From positions 1 through 64,000 of the IMG/VR virus record IMGVR_UViG_3300042560_001229: 64,000 bases of DNA, one strand, 5' to 3'. Position 1 is the first letter of the stretch. Each line of letters starts with the position of its first letter. Origin of the DNA: a virus. The position numbers were made by a program, and so were the translations under genes. Below are positions 19,351 to 28,737 of the stretch, piece by piece. The notes beneath the pieces were generated by a model, which was not told the DNA's origin, searched no databases, and saw nothing but the letters and a program-made list of their open reading frames with translations.

Positions 19351-19620
19351 ATGAAACAGTATCAAGACCACGACCCGATCAAGGACAAAGGCAAGGCAGT
19401 GCCGCATCCGAAACGTCCGACCCATTACTCCTACCGGGGCCGGGGCTGCGGAGGCTCCCTCACCTTTCTGCGTTCGCAGATAGACAGTGCCACCCGGAAG
19501 GCGAACTCGCCCAAGGCGGTAGCTGATAGGGGCGGTCGTCTTGGAATCTTCGGCATCCTGATGGCCGTGGCCGCGTCTGTGAAATCCGCCGCACGCCGCC
19601 CTACTCAACGAGGACGCTAA
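19351..19620 (+). CDS. hypothetical protein
   Basis: 89-aa ORF. Confidence 0.5.
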   Translation: MKQYQDHDPIKDKGKAVPHPKRPTHYSYRGRGCGGSLTFLRSQIDSATRKANSPKAVADRGGRLGIFGILMAVAASVKSAARRPTQRGR

Positions 19621-19653
19621 GACCATGACACCTTACGAAGCACAGGAGGCCAA

Positions 19654-19923
19654 ATGACCATCTGGAAATACCCGCTGACCCTCACCGACGTTCAGGATGT
19701 GCGGATGCCCATTGGCTCGGAAATCCTCACGGTGCAGGTGCAGCACGCCAGCCTATGCCTGTGGGCGCTGGTGAATCAGAATGCCGGACGAGATGCCGGT
19801 GAGGTTCGCACAATCGAAATCCACGGCACTGGCATCATAATGTCGGACGAGGAGCGTCGTTACATCGGCACCGCGCAGATGGCCGGTGGCGCTCTCGTCT
19901 GGCACGTTTTCGAGAGGCTATGA
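19654..19923 (+). CDS. DUF7352-like protein
   Basis: MTIWKYPL..MPIGSEILTVQ..WALV..YIGTAQ..LVWHVFE. Confidence 0.75.
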   Translation: MTIWKYPLTLTDVQDVRMPIGSEILTVQVQHASLCLWALVNQNAGRDAGEVRTIEIHGTGIIMSDEERRYIGTAQMAGGALVWHVFERL

Positions 19924-20094
19924 AAACGATCACGAACATGAGGCAGTGCCCCAAAGGTCTGACCCGGCCTCAGCGCAAGGTGGTGAGCAGCATCCTCAGT
20001 CGCGTGCGGTTCAAGAAAGGCCGGGGTGTGGTGGTGCATTACTACCATCGGACTAGGGAAGTGCTCGCCCGCCCTCTATTTTGAAACTGTTGCA

Positions 20095-20436
20095 ATGAGC
20101 ACACCTACCAAAGAGCAAATCAAAGACGGGAGGAAGTGCTGGCGTCCGAAGATGCCGGAGCTATCCAAGGCATGTGCGAGTTGTCCGTTCATGGAAGGGA
20201 ACGATTCCGAGTTCGCCAAGATCATCGCCCGGCTCAGGCGGGTGAGTGTGCAGAACGTCCTCAAGTCCGACATCGAATATGCGCGGAGGAGTGTGAAACT
20301 GGACACTGTGCTGACCGGCAACTTCGCCTGCCATCACACCGCCTATGACTTGGAGAGCATGAAGCCCAAGCCGCAGACGGAGTTGCGCCAGTGCAAGGGA
20401 GCCGCTGACTGGTATCGCGCCGGAGGACAGATATGA
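20095..20436 (+). CDS. DUF6283-like Cys/His protein (paralog 2)
   Basis: CASCPF..FACH..CKGA; ATG overlaps palindrome. Confidence 0.7.
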   Translation: MSTPTKEQIKDGRKCWRPKMPELSKACASCPFMEGNDSEFAKIIARLRRVSVQNVLKSDIEYARRSVKLDTVLTGNFACHHTAYDLESMKPKPQTELRQCKGAADWYRAGGQI

Positions 20437-20620
20437 GCTACTACCCCTCCAACCCATCAGCTACGGAGACAGACCGCAAGATTCAGCACTGTGCTACGCC
20501 GAAGGAGGCAGCAGATGCCCTCGAAGGACATGACTTGATAATGGCGGTGGATGCCCTCAGCCGGAAGTTTGGCATCAAGACCAACTCGAAGAAGATGCAC
20601 GCCCTAGTGACTCGCAAGCC

Positions 20621-21214
20621 ATGAGCAACGCCCTAGAAGATCAGATCGTCGAAGGGCACACGGACTTCCACAACCCGCATGATCTTATCTGGCCGCAGAT
20701 CGAACCGCACCTTGGCTATCGTCTGCTGAACACGGACGAGGTAGGCGAACTGCATCCCCAACTTGAGGAAGTGGAGGCGTGGCTGGTCACGGTAGATAAG
20801 TGGGCTACTGGCTATTGGGGACAGGATAGAGGGCTTACCTATCGCACCAAGATGACCCGCGCAGAGTTACGGAAAGCCAGAGGACTGCCGCCCGAGCCGA
20901 AACCAAGGCGCAGGCACAATCCCGACAACGTGACCGATGACCAAGTTGGGGCAGGCTACCGACTGCTGGATGACGATGAGGTAGGGCCGGAGTTTGACCG
21001 GAACAGGGGCTTGGGTGTGGAGCGGTGGCATCCTCACGATAAGGAGTGGCTGAATGGGTATAGTGGTGGCTCAAAGAGCATTACTTACCGCACAAGCATG
21101 ACGCGCAATGAACTGCGTCAGGCTCGCGGCCTGCAACCCGAAGCCGAGCCTCTCTACCCATCTGCTGCACCTGAGCCTGTCCGAGCAAAGAGATTGCGGA
21201 GACTGGAGTTTTAG
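20621..21214 (+). CDS. protein with tandem GYRLL-type domains, C-terminal RLRRLEF tag
   Basis: Two copies of GYRLL..DEVG..W..YRT.MTR.ELR.ARGL.PE. Confidence 0.8.
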   Translation: MSNALEDQIVEGHTDFHNPHDLIWPQIEPHLGYRLLNTDEVGELHPQLEEVEAWLVTVDKWATGYWGQDRGLTYRTKMTRAELRKARGLPPEPKPRRRHNPDNVTDDQVGAGYRLLDDDEVGPEFDRNRGLGVERWHPHDKEWLNGYSGGSKSITYRTSMTRNELRQARGLQPEAEPLYPSAAPEPVRAKRLRRLEF

Positions 21215-21231
21215 CCCAACCTGCTGACCTT

Positions 21232-21501
21232 ATGAAAATCGAACACTTGCTTGAAGCCATTACCGAAACCGCCCGCGAATACGAAGGTCAGGGAGCCAGC
21301 GGGCAGAGAATATGTGAAGCCCTGCGCGGTGTGGTCGCAAGGGCCGGACGTTACGCCGCCAAAGACCCCGACACGGAGGTTGCCCTGCCCGAGCACGAAC
21401 TGCGGGCGATGATTCGTGACGAGATTGCCAAGATGGTCATGCCCTTGGCGCTGGTGGAGAACCCGCCCGAAATTCTCCAACCCGAGGATGCGGAGAGATG
21501 A
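21232..21501 (+). CDS. hypothetical protein
   Basis: CTTATG start. Confidence 0.6.
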   Translation: MKIEHLLEAITETAREYEGQGASGQRICEALRGVVARAGRYAAKDPDTEVALPEHELRAMIRDEIAKMVMPLALVENPPEILQPEDAER

Positions 21502-21543
21502 ATCGCAGTTGACAGGAGAAAGTTGCCCGCCTAGTTGTGGCGC

Positions 21544-21912
21544 ATGGCCAACGAACTTACGCTCAGACTGCAAGCCTCGATCTTGTCTGGAAATCTCCAG
21601 AGCGAGTTTCCTCAGCAGATCATCCGTCCCAACGTGGCGGCACAGGAGCAGAATGGCGGGGTGTTCTCGCTTACGACTTCCGAGACTGACCTGACGCTGA
21701 CCGGCATCACCACACCGGGCTGGCTGATCTTGAAGAATCTCGACACCACGAATTTCCTGACATGGGGGCCGAAGTCTGGCGGTTCGATGATTCTCTGCGG
21801 AAAGATTCTGGCCGGGGAGTTTGCCATCTTCCGGCTCGGCGCTGCGGTGACAATGCGGATGAAGGCGGATACGGCCACGGTCAAGGTGCAGTGGTGGGTC
21901 GTTGGCACCTAA
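21544..21912 (+). CDS. probable virion protein (paralog of 33343)
   Basis: MANELT..GW..KNLDTTNF..GEF. Confidence 0.7.
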   Translation: MANELTLRLQASILSGNLQSEFPQQIIRPNVAAQEQNGGVFSLTTSETDLTLTGITTPGWLILKNLDTTNFLTWGPKSGGSMILCGKILAGEFAIFRLGAAVTMRMKADTATVKVQWWVVGT

Positions 21913-22062
21913 GCCCAAGGCGGTTCCTCACCCAAACCCCCACCCTCGGGGTCTGACGATTCTCAGGGCATCCTCAGCGATTCTGCTGATGGATTCCCCA
22001 CCTTCCCCAAGGTGGTTTGCCTCTTATGGGCCAACTATTTTGCAACTGTTGCAAAATATCTG

Positions 22063-22099
22063 TTGACGACGAATCGGTTTAGGCCCATATTGGTGGCAT
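22063..22099 (+). promoter_or_regulatory. Conserved promoter with upstream palindrome
   Basis: TTGACG-ACGAATC, 17 bp, CATATT; ATG 22100. Confidence 0.85.
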
Positions 22100-22570
22100 A
22101 TGAAATCCACCTCATCCAAACTCAAGACCGCAGCCGTCACGCAGGCTGCACCCGTCCTCACCAAAGCCGAGCGTTTCGCCCGAGGCTTGGAGCATCTGTC
22201 TTACCAGCTTACCGCTGACGTTGAAGACGCCAAGACGCTGAAAGCCAAGTTCATCGCTGACCTTGAAAAAGGTGACGCGACCTACCGCATTACGTGGAAT
22301 GCCACTGAACTGGTGAAGGCCGAGTTCAAGGCGAGCTTCGCCTTTGGTGTTCTGGAAGATGCCAAGCGCAAAGGTGAGCAGTTGTCGGTGACACTGGCCA
22401 GCCATGTGGCCTCGCTGGGTGAGGCTATCCTCCGCAATCGGTTCATCGAATCCTCTACCAGTCCGATGAGCAACGCGGTGGCGATGGCCAAGCACGAAGC
22501 CGCCTGCCACACGCAGGAGCGGTATGCGGGAGTGGTGCGGCACTTCGTCAACGTGGCCGCTCAGTCCTAA
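22100..22570 (+). CDS. hypothetical protein (MKST start)
   Basis: Follows promoter. Confidence 0.8.
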   Translation: MKSTSSKLKTAAVTQAAPVLTKAERFARGLEHLSYQLTADVEDAKTLKAKFIADLEKGDATYRITWNATELVKAEFKASFAFGVLEDAKRKGEQLSVTLASHVASLGEAILRNRFIESSTSPMSNAVAMAKHEAACHTQERYAGVVRHFVNVAAQS

Positions 22571-22746
22571 CCGAACACGAACATGACTTTGAACATCACG
22601 TATAAGAACGGAAAGGTGCAGACGATTGAGCGCGTCACGGACATCAAGGAGCGCGAGCGCGACGGCGGTGTGGTGATTATCTACTACGGCGACTGCGGCT
22701 TCCAGAAAACGGAGAAGAAGCATATCACCAATATGGAGGTGACGCT

Positions 22747-23043
22747 GTGAGCCGCCTGCTCGAACTGCCCTCGGTCAAGGATTGGCCGGAACCGCGCCGG
22801 AGGAAGGCTGTGAACACGCTTCTCTACAAGCTGGGGTTCAACCAGTGGTATCAGTCCATCCCGACTACGGAGATTGCGGACATCCTCACCCGCTTCGGCT
22901 TTGATGCCTCGGTGATGGAGGGCATCTACACCGGCAGGGATGGGCGGATGCACGAACAGATCAAGGACAGCCGACTGTGGCTGACGATGACATGGCACGC
23001 GATGCCGAGTGGCCGCTACGAAATCGTGGCTTATGTCAATTAA
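22747..23043 (+). CDS. hypothetical protein
   Basis: GTGA overlap; W..MPSGRYEIVAY. Confidence 0.65.
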   Translation: MSRLLELPSVKDWPEPRRRKAVNTLLYKLGFNQWYQSIPTTEIADILTRFGFDASVMEGIYTGRDGRMHEQIKDSRLWLTMTWHAMPSGRYEIVAYVN

Positions 23044-23296
23044 CACCTTCCCCGAAACAGGTGTGCTGCTGGACGCAATGCTTGCCGCTCTCGGCCCGCA
23101 GACTCCGACAGCAACCACCGATCAGATGTGCGACCGCATCATCGTTTCGCTGAGGATGCCTGACCGCATGAGTGGAGATTCCGAGTTCAAGACTCGGGTG
23201 TATCGGTTGCTGTGCCGAATGAAGAAGCGCGGACTGTTCACCAGCACGAGGGAGTGGACTGGAAAAGGTTACGGCCCATTATGGAGGCTCGCGTAA
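23033..23296 (+). CDS. possible winged-helix small protein
   Basis: VYRLLCRMKKRGLF..WRL. Confidence 0.45.
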   Translation: MSINTFPETGVLLDAMLAALGPQTPTATTDQMCDRIIVSLRMPDRMSGDSEFKTRVYRLLCRMKKRGLFTSTREWTGKGYGPLWRLA

Positions 23297-23304
23297 ATTA
23301 ACTT

Positions 23305-23342
23305 TTGACAACGAATCGAATCTGAGCCAAGCTACCTGTATT
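23305..23342 (+). promoter_or_regulatory. Conserved promoter (no palindrome)
   Basis: TTGACA-ACGAATC, 17 bp, CAAGCT; ATG 23343. Confidence 0.85.
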
Positions 23343-23639
23343 ATGAAATCCACCACTAGTCCGAAGTCCAAGGCTGTCCGAGTTGGCAGCATTTTGTTTC
23401 ACCCTCCCCGTATGGAGCGAAGGTTCCTGTTGTTCACCCTTACTGGTGAGCCTGTGTATCAGTATGGCTACACCGGCTACACGTTGGAGAAGAACGGGAC
23501 ACGTCAGCAGTCCACCAGCTATGGGGACGTTGGTGATGACCTGCGGCAGAGGCGCGCAGCCAAGGCCACGGCCAAGCTCGGAGTCCCCGTCGAATGGCGG
23601 GAGACGAAGCCAGTCGAAATGATGGGGGTGTCGTTCTAA
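23343..23639 (+). CDS. hypothetical protein (MKST start)
   Basis: Follows promoter. Confidence 0.7.
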   Translation: MKSTTSPKSKAVRVGSILFHPPRMERRFLLFTLTGEPVYQYGYTGYTLEKNGTRQQSTSYGDVGDDLRQRRAAKATAKLGVPVEWRETKPVEMMGVSF

Positions 23640-24649
23640 TGATTGCCCGCCCCATGCTGGCCGAGACGCTGGAGAATGTCGCAGACATCCAGTTCCCGGT
23701 GCTCGCCACCGATAAGATTGATGGTCGCCGCAACCTCCTACTCCCACCCACCGAAGCCGGGAAGATGAGCCGCTGTGCCAGCCGTTCGCTGAAAGGGTTG
23801 AAGAATGACTTCACGCGGGAGTGGCTGGAGAGCTACCTCCCACCCGGCTTGGATGGGGAGTTGGTGGTGCTGACGCCCGATGGCCGCGTGGACGAGTTTC
23901 ACGTTATCTCGTCGGCGTTCACTAATGACGGTGAGCCTGACTTCCGCTTCATGGTGTTCGATGACTTCCGTGGCGGGTTGCAGGAGCCATATCTGGAGAG
24001 AATGAAACGGCTGGAGAAATCCCGGCTCCCATCTGGCAGGGTTATCAAGCTGCTTCCCACCCTCATTGAGAACGAGGAGGAACTGGACGCCTTTGAAGCC
24101 GCTGCCCTTGCCCGAGGGAATGAAGGGATTATGATTCGCACGCCCCACTCACCTTACAAGGAGGGACGCAGCACGGTGCGCGAAGGTTGGCTGCTCAAGA
24201 TCAAACGGTTCAAGGATGCGGAGGGCACTATCGTCGGAACCGTGGAGGGGATGCACAATGCGAATGAGGCCACGATCAACGAAGTAGGGCGCACGCAGCG
24301 TTCCACTTCCAAGGAGGGCAAGATTGGCAAGGGCCGAGTTGGTGCGCTGGTGGTCAAGCCGCTGGAGTTTGGCCCTCCTACCAATGACGACTGGCTGTAT
24401 GTGCAGCAGAACGCTCATCGGATGAAGGCGGCAGTGCAGAGCCACCCGTATCTGTTTATGATGGGCACCGGAGCCATCACCGTAGGCGGGAACAACGTCC
24501 CGTTGTCCGAAGCGCACACGATGCACAGACGGGTGGTGAAGTATAAGTTCCAGCCCATCGGCGTGAAGGTGAAGCCGCGTTTCCCGCAATGCCTCGGCTA
24601 CCGGGACGCTGATGATATGGATGGCGAACAGCAAGGGAGGCTGTTATGA
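23639..24649 (+). CDS. lig: ATP-dependent DNA ligase (minimal type)
   Basis: KIDG motif I, LDGEL, FD, EGIMIR, LLKIK, PRFP. Confidence 0.92.
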   Translation: MIARPMLAETLENVADIQFPVLATDKIDGRRNLLLPPTEAGKMSRCASRSLKGLKNDFTREWLESYLPPGLDGELVVLTPDGRVDEFHVISSAFTNDGEPDFRFMVFDDFRGGLQEPYLERMKRLEKSRLPSGRVIKLLPTLIENEEELDAFEAAALARGNEGIMIRTPHSPYKEGRSTVREGWLLKIKRFKDAEGTIVGTVEGMHNANEATINEVGRTQRSTSKEGKIGKGRVGALVVKPLEFGPPTNDDWLYVQQNAHRMKAAVQSHPYLFMMGTGAITVGGNNVPLSEAHTMHRRVVKYKFQPIGVKVKPRFPQCLGYRDADDMDGEQQGRLL

Positions 24650-24652
24650 CTT

Positions 24653-24748
24653 TGGTGGTCAGTAGTAGCAACATGGTGCCCACGCGAGATGCTGGGACAG
24701 GGCGGTGGAATCTTCGCCTCATAGAAACAAGCGCGCTACTGGCCACCA
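24653..24748 (+). ncRNA. structured RNA closed by a 13-bp stem ending CCACCA
   Basis: TGGTGGTCAGTAG 24653-65 pairs with CTACTGGCCACCA 24736-48; internal hairpins. Confidence 0.5.
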
Positions 24749-24754
24749 TCACTT

Positions 24755-24918
24755 TCAGTAGCAATGCTGAGGCTGACGGGCTGGCAGTATCCAGCCGAGG
24801 GCTGACGGCGAAAGCCTATGTAGCCTGCCATAATCCTATACGGCCCTCGCAAAGGTGCAGTGTAGGCAGTGCCCTCCGTGTGCGCTGTAAAAGGGTGCAA
24901 ACCCAACGCGGCCCTTTC
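24755..24918 (+). ncRNA. multi-hairpin structured RNA with GNRA tetraloops
   Basis: TCAGTA-GCAA-TGCTGA, GGCTGG/CCAGCC, GGC-GAAA-GCC, CCTATAC/GTGTAGG, GAGGGC/GCCCTC, GGGT-GCAA-ACCC. Confidence 0.5.
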
Positions 24919-25037
24919 GGGGTAGATGGATGCGGGTTCGATTCCCGCACGCTCCAGTTACGGGGCGGCTCGGTGCTACAAGACCTGACGGTGACATGCC
25001 GCAAGCATACCGGGTTCGACTCCCGGCTACTCCACCC
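24919..25037 (+). ncRNA. tRNA-like/tmRNA-like element with two T-arms and G3:U70 acceptor stems
   Basis: GCGGG-TTCGATT-CCCGC-ACGCTCC-A (24932-56) and CCGGG-TTCGACT-CCCGG-CTACTCC-A (25010-34). Confidence 0.7.
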
Positions 25038-25063
25038 CTTTTGAAACTGTTGCAAACTGACTT

Positions 25064-25432
25064 ATGCCCGTAACGATTGTTGGTGTAACAGCCGGGGCGG
25101 TCATCACTTTCCTCTCCACGGTGCAGAGGGAGGGTGAGCCTCGGCTGTATCGGGTGCGGTTGACCGTAATTGCGTTTGGTCAGACGGAACCTGACAAGGT
25201 GCTCGCACTGGCGGATGGCTTCATGTTTGGGGATGAGCAACTGATTCGAGTCGGCCCGAGACGCCTCCTACCGGAGCGTGTGAAGTCCAGAAACACTGAC
25301 TTTGCCTCGGTGCTTTCCAACTACATGCGGCTGGATGACATTGACGATGAATTGTCCTTGCCAGAATCCGCCCGCCAGTGGTATCGTCGCCAAGCAGTGA
25401 AACCCCGTAAAAGAAACCTCGAAATCCTATGA
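25064..25432 (+). CDS. hypothetical protein, C-terminal RKRNLEIL tag
   Basis: TGACTTATG start after palindrome. Confidence 0.7.
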   Translation: MPVTIVGVTAGAVITFLSTVQREGEPRLYRVRLTVIAFGQTEPDKVLALADGFMFGDEQLIRVGPRRLLPERVKSRNTDFASVLSNYMRLDDIDDELSLPESARQWYRRQAVKPRKRNLEIL

Positions 25433-25695
25433 AAATGATCGGCAGTAAAGTCCTCGTCCGCATGAAGCCCCGCGCCACAGTCAGCGAAGGCGGCATCCAT
25501 ATCCCGGCAGTGAGCCAGACCACGGAGTTGTGGGGCACGGTGCAGTGCGTCGGGGAGGGGGCGAAGGATTTGGTCATCGGGGATGAAGTGCTGATTGAGG
25601 CGCATCTCGGCACGCACTTCATCATGCGCGGCGAAGATCACATCATCATCGAAGCGGAGAAGATCAAGGCGAAGCGCGAGTTGCTTGCGGCGTGA
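25429..25695 (+). CDS. groES: GroES-like co-chaperonin
   Basis: KVLVR..SEGGIHIP..GTVQCVGEG..GDEVL. Confidence 0.88.
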   Translation: MKMIGSKVLVRMKPRATVSEGGIHIPAVSQTTELWGTVQCVGEGAKDLVIGDEVLIEAHLGTHFIMRGEDHIIIEAEKIKAKRELLAA

Positions 25696-25772
25696 AGAAT
25701 CCGCTTGCGTTCATTCCTGAGTGCGGATATGGCGTTGCTGCAATTCAGTAACCAACCAATCAAAAACGCATT

Positions 25773-26573
25773 ATGACGATCAAAGCTCCTTCCACCTACG
25801 TTCGCGGCCAAGACGGTCGCGCTGGCTTCCGCGATGTTGACTTCAAGACGAAGCAAGACCTTGTGCTTCCGTTCACGAAGCTGAACAAGCGGTATCGCAT
25901 CAAGTCCATCTCGATCATCTCGAAGGACACGAATGTTGACTTGTCGAACGGCGCAACGGTCGTCGCGGCTGAGGCTTCGACCGGGGCCGACACGGACGCC
26001 ACGATCACGCTGACGAGCAACGGCACCGCCCCTGCGGACGGTGTGACGGTGACAGTAGGCGGGAAGGTCTATACGTTCCAGACGACCCTAACCAATGTGG
26101 ATGGGAACGTCCTGATTGGCTCAACTGCAAATGCGGCTGCTGCTCTCGACAATCTCAAGTCGGCGGTGAATCTCTCGACTGGTGCCGGAACCACCTACGC
26201 CACTGCGATGACGGCGCACCCTAAGATCACCGCCACGACCAATACCGACACGACTCAGGTGTTTGTGGCCAGCGTCGGTGCAAGCAGCGGGCGTGCTGGC
26301 AATGACCTGACTGGTGCCGATACGTCTGCCACGCTCTCGTGGAGCAACAGCGGTGCGTTCACTGGCGGTCTGGACGGCGTGCTCGTCAACGCGATGGTGG
26401 CCTCCACCGATCTGGCCGACACCGATCAGACCGGGCTGGTGCAGAACCTCACCCTCGCGGCCACGGCGGAAGTCCTGACGGCCCCGAACGCGGTCGTCCT
26501 GTCCATCCGCACCGGCTCCTCAGCAACCACGGACACGAAGGACGTGGAAATCGAATACACCGTTCTCGACTAA
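25773..26573 (+). CDS. probable virion structural/decoration protein
   Basis: T/A/G-rich beta protein; DGVTVTVGGKVYTF..FTGG.DG. Confidence 0.65.
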   Translation: MTIKAPSTYVRGQDGRAGFRDVDFKTKQDLVLPFTKLNKRYRIKSISIISKDTNVDLSNGATVVAAEASTGADTDATITLTSNGTAPADGVTVTVGGKVYTFQTTLTNVDGNVLIGSTANAAAALDNLKSAVNLSTGAGTTYATAMTAHPKITATTNTDTTQVFVASVGASSGRAGNDLTGADTSATLSWSNSGAFTGGLDGVLVNAMVASTDLADTDQTGLVQNLTLAATAEVLTAPNAVVLSIRTGSSATTDTKDVEIEYTVLD

Positions 26574-26577
26574 GCCG

Positions 26578-26775
26578 ATGGGTGTGCTCGTCAATCACTG
26601 GCCCACCCTCGCCCTAGTTGGATACTGCCTCGTTGGTCTGTCCATCTTCTCAGCTTACATCCGCTCGTCGTATGTAATGCTGAGAAGGTGGGAGGTAGTT
26701 CTGTTCGTCGTCTCCGGCCCGCTGGTCTGGCTGGTGGCAATTTTGAAACTGTTGCAAAGCAGGAGGGCACGGTGA
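26578..26775 (+). CDS. small membrane protein
   Basis: Two hydrophobic segments. Confidence 0.5.
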   Translation: MGVLVNHWPTLALVGYCLVGLSIFSAYIRSSYVMLRRWEVVLFVVSGPLVWLVAILKLLQSRRAR

Positions 26776-27371
26776 AGGAGGCGGGCGGAATCCACATGGC
26801 CTCGCACGGTCGCAGGCTGGTGCTGGTGCTGACGGATACGATGGGCAGTCAGGCATTGGCCCAAGCACTGATGGAGGGTGATTCGTCGGTGGTGCAGATA
26901 AGCACGCAGGAGTTGTCCCTCTACCGGCAGTTTGATCGTTTCGCGCTGGTGAGGAATCCGGTGCAGCGACTCGCCAAGGCTTACCGGCACCATGCCGATG
27001 AGTTGCTGGCTGGTGACTCGGCGGTTGGGTCGTTCGAGGATTTCACCAAGGAGATGTGCCGCAAGATAGCGCATGGCCTCCAGCCGAAGGATGTGACCGC
27101 CACATGGTTCAGTTACGTGCTCTCGCAGTTCGGCTACATGCAGCGAGGAACTGACTGCGAAGTGGATGGGCTGTTTGATCTGGCGCAGGCGAACGTGTGG
27201 CTCCCCTACCTGCAACGCCGGTATGGTCTGGCGGATATTCGGCTGGATGATTCCATCGGGCAAAATAGCGGCCCGTTGTCCACTCCCACCCTCTCCATCA
27301 TCCAAAAGACTTACGCGCAGGATTACGCCATCCTCAGCGAATTAAAAGACGCTCCCTTCGTCGTTCTCTAG
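26772..27371 (+). CDS. sulfotransferase family 2-like protein
   Basis: FALVRNPVQRLAKAY and IQKTYAQDY motifs; N-terminal motif degenerate. Confidence 0.55.
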   Translation: MKEAGGIHMASHGRRLVLVLTDTMGSQALAQALMEGDSSVVQISTQELSLYRQFDRFALVRNPVQRLAKAYRHHADELLAGDSAVGSFEDFTKEMCRKIAHGLQPKDVTATWFSYVLSQFGYMQRGTDCEVDGLFDLAQANVWLPYLQRRYGLADIRLDDSIGQNSGPLSTPTLSIIQKTYAQDYAILSELKDAPFVVL

Positions 27372-27429
27372 GACGTTTTGGCTTGCCTCCGGGGTCGGAT
27401 GGCTTAACAGTCGCGCAAACCGCACTCCG

Positions 27430-28734
27430 ATGGCAAACCTACTCCGCAGACGCACCAAGGAATTTTCCAGCAAGAGGGAGGCTGCGGAGGCGTCACGCAT
27501 CCAAGATCGCAAGGAGCACAGCTACATTGAGCAGCGGTTGAAGATTCCGATTTCGCGGCTGGGAGACATAAATTCGTTCCTGAGTGTGGGCAGCAAGAAG
27601 GTGTGGGCATCGTTCCGCGCCTGCCATCTGGTTGCCTCCCTAATCATGTCCACGGAGTTCAAGCTGGTGAAGCCCGATCAGCCGGAGTGGAAACCCAAAC
27701 CCGGCGACCCGCAGGACGACTTCCTCAGCAACCCGAACCCCTTCGATTCGTGGAAGGAGATGCTTTACCTGTGGACGTTCCACATGAAGCTGACCGGGCG
27801 GGCGTATTGGATGAAGGATGAGATTAACGGCATGGGTCAGCCGAGCGCGGTCTATCCGATGCTGCCGCAATACATGAAGATCGTGCCTGACGCGAAGAAG
27901 GGCATCGGCATGTTCATTTACAGCGTGAACGGCAAGGAGATTTCACTGACCCCCGAGGAAGTGATTTACTTCCGCCGACCGTCCGCGATCAGCCTGATTG
28001 AAGGCATGGGTGACGTGGAGCCGAGTCAGGACTTGTATAACGACTTCATCAATCGCAGCACGTATTCGGAGAAGTTCATCGAACACGGCGCACAGCCTTC
28101 CGGCATCCTGACCCTCAAGGAACCGATGGATGACGAGGAGCAGTGGGGCAAACTCAAGGACTGGTGGAACCGGGAATACAGCGGCAAGCAGAACGCAGGC
28201 AAGACCGCCTTCCTATCCGGCGAGTGGAGCTATCAGCAGCTTGGACTTACCCATCAGGAGATGCAGGCGGTGGAGCGGGATACGATGACCGTGAATCAGA
28301 TATTTATGAACCACGGTGTTCCGCTCTCCATTGCGGGCATCCAAGGTGCGGCGAACTACGCCACGGCGCGGGTGGATGAGATGAACTTCCGCAAGTATGA
28401 AATCGTGCCGTTGCTGGAGTTGTTCATCGGCAAGCTGAACCGTTCCGGTGCGCTGTTCACGAACTTCGAGGAAAGCACGCAGATTGCCTACAACCTCTCG
28501 GGGCTGATTGACGTTGAGCAGGTGACGAGGGACTACGGCCCGCTCGTGAGCATGGGAGCCATGACCCTCAACGAGTATCGGGAGAAGGCCGGACTGCCGA
28601 AGATTGACAATCCGTATCTCGATCAGTTTTTCATCCCGTCCAGCTTCACGCCGCTGGAGATGGCCGGACTGACGGATGTGCCGCCAGCCGAAGCCACGGT
28701 GAAGCGTTTGGTCAGGGAAGCAATGGGGAGGTAG
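27430..28734 (+). CDS. portal protein (HK97 family)
   Basis: NPNPF, LTGRAYW, GAQPSGIL, NAGKTAFL, HGVP, MTLNEYREKAGLP. Confidence 0.93.
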   Translation: MANLLRRRTKEFSSKREAAEASRIQDRKEHSYIEQRLKIPISRLGDINSFLSVGSKKVWASFRACHLVASLIMSTEFKLVKPDQPEWKPKPGDPQDDFLSNPNPFDSWKEMLYLWTFHMKLTGRAYWMKDEINGMGQPSAVYPMLPQYMKIVPDAKKGIGMFIYSVNGKEISLTPEEVIYFRRPSAISLIEGMGDVEPSQDLYNDFINRSTYSEKFIEHGAQPSGILTLKEPMDDEEQWGKLKDWWNREYSGKQNAGKTAFLSGEWSYQQLGLTHQEMQAVERDTMTVNQIFMNHGVPLSIAGIQGAANYATARVDEMNFRKYEIVPLLELFIGKLNRSGALFTNFEESTQIAYNLSGLIDVEQVTRDYGPLVSMGAMTLNEYREKAGLPKIDNPYLDQFFIPSSFTPLEMAGLTDVPPAEATVKRLVREAMGR

Positions 28735-28737
28735 GCT

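Noticed and set aside
24962-25034. Canonical tRNA call
   Set aside because: D-arm and anticodon arm are irregular (no U33, short stem) and the acceptor has a mismatch; reported as tRNA-like only
24653-25037. Standard tmRNA (ssrA)
   Set aside because: No matching 5' GGGG..GGATTCGAC end about 350 nt upstream and no clear tag reading frame
24646-25044. 132-aa ORF after the ligase
   Set aside because: Overlaps T-arm and tetraloop structures; no protein motif
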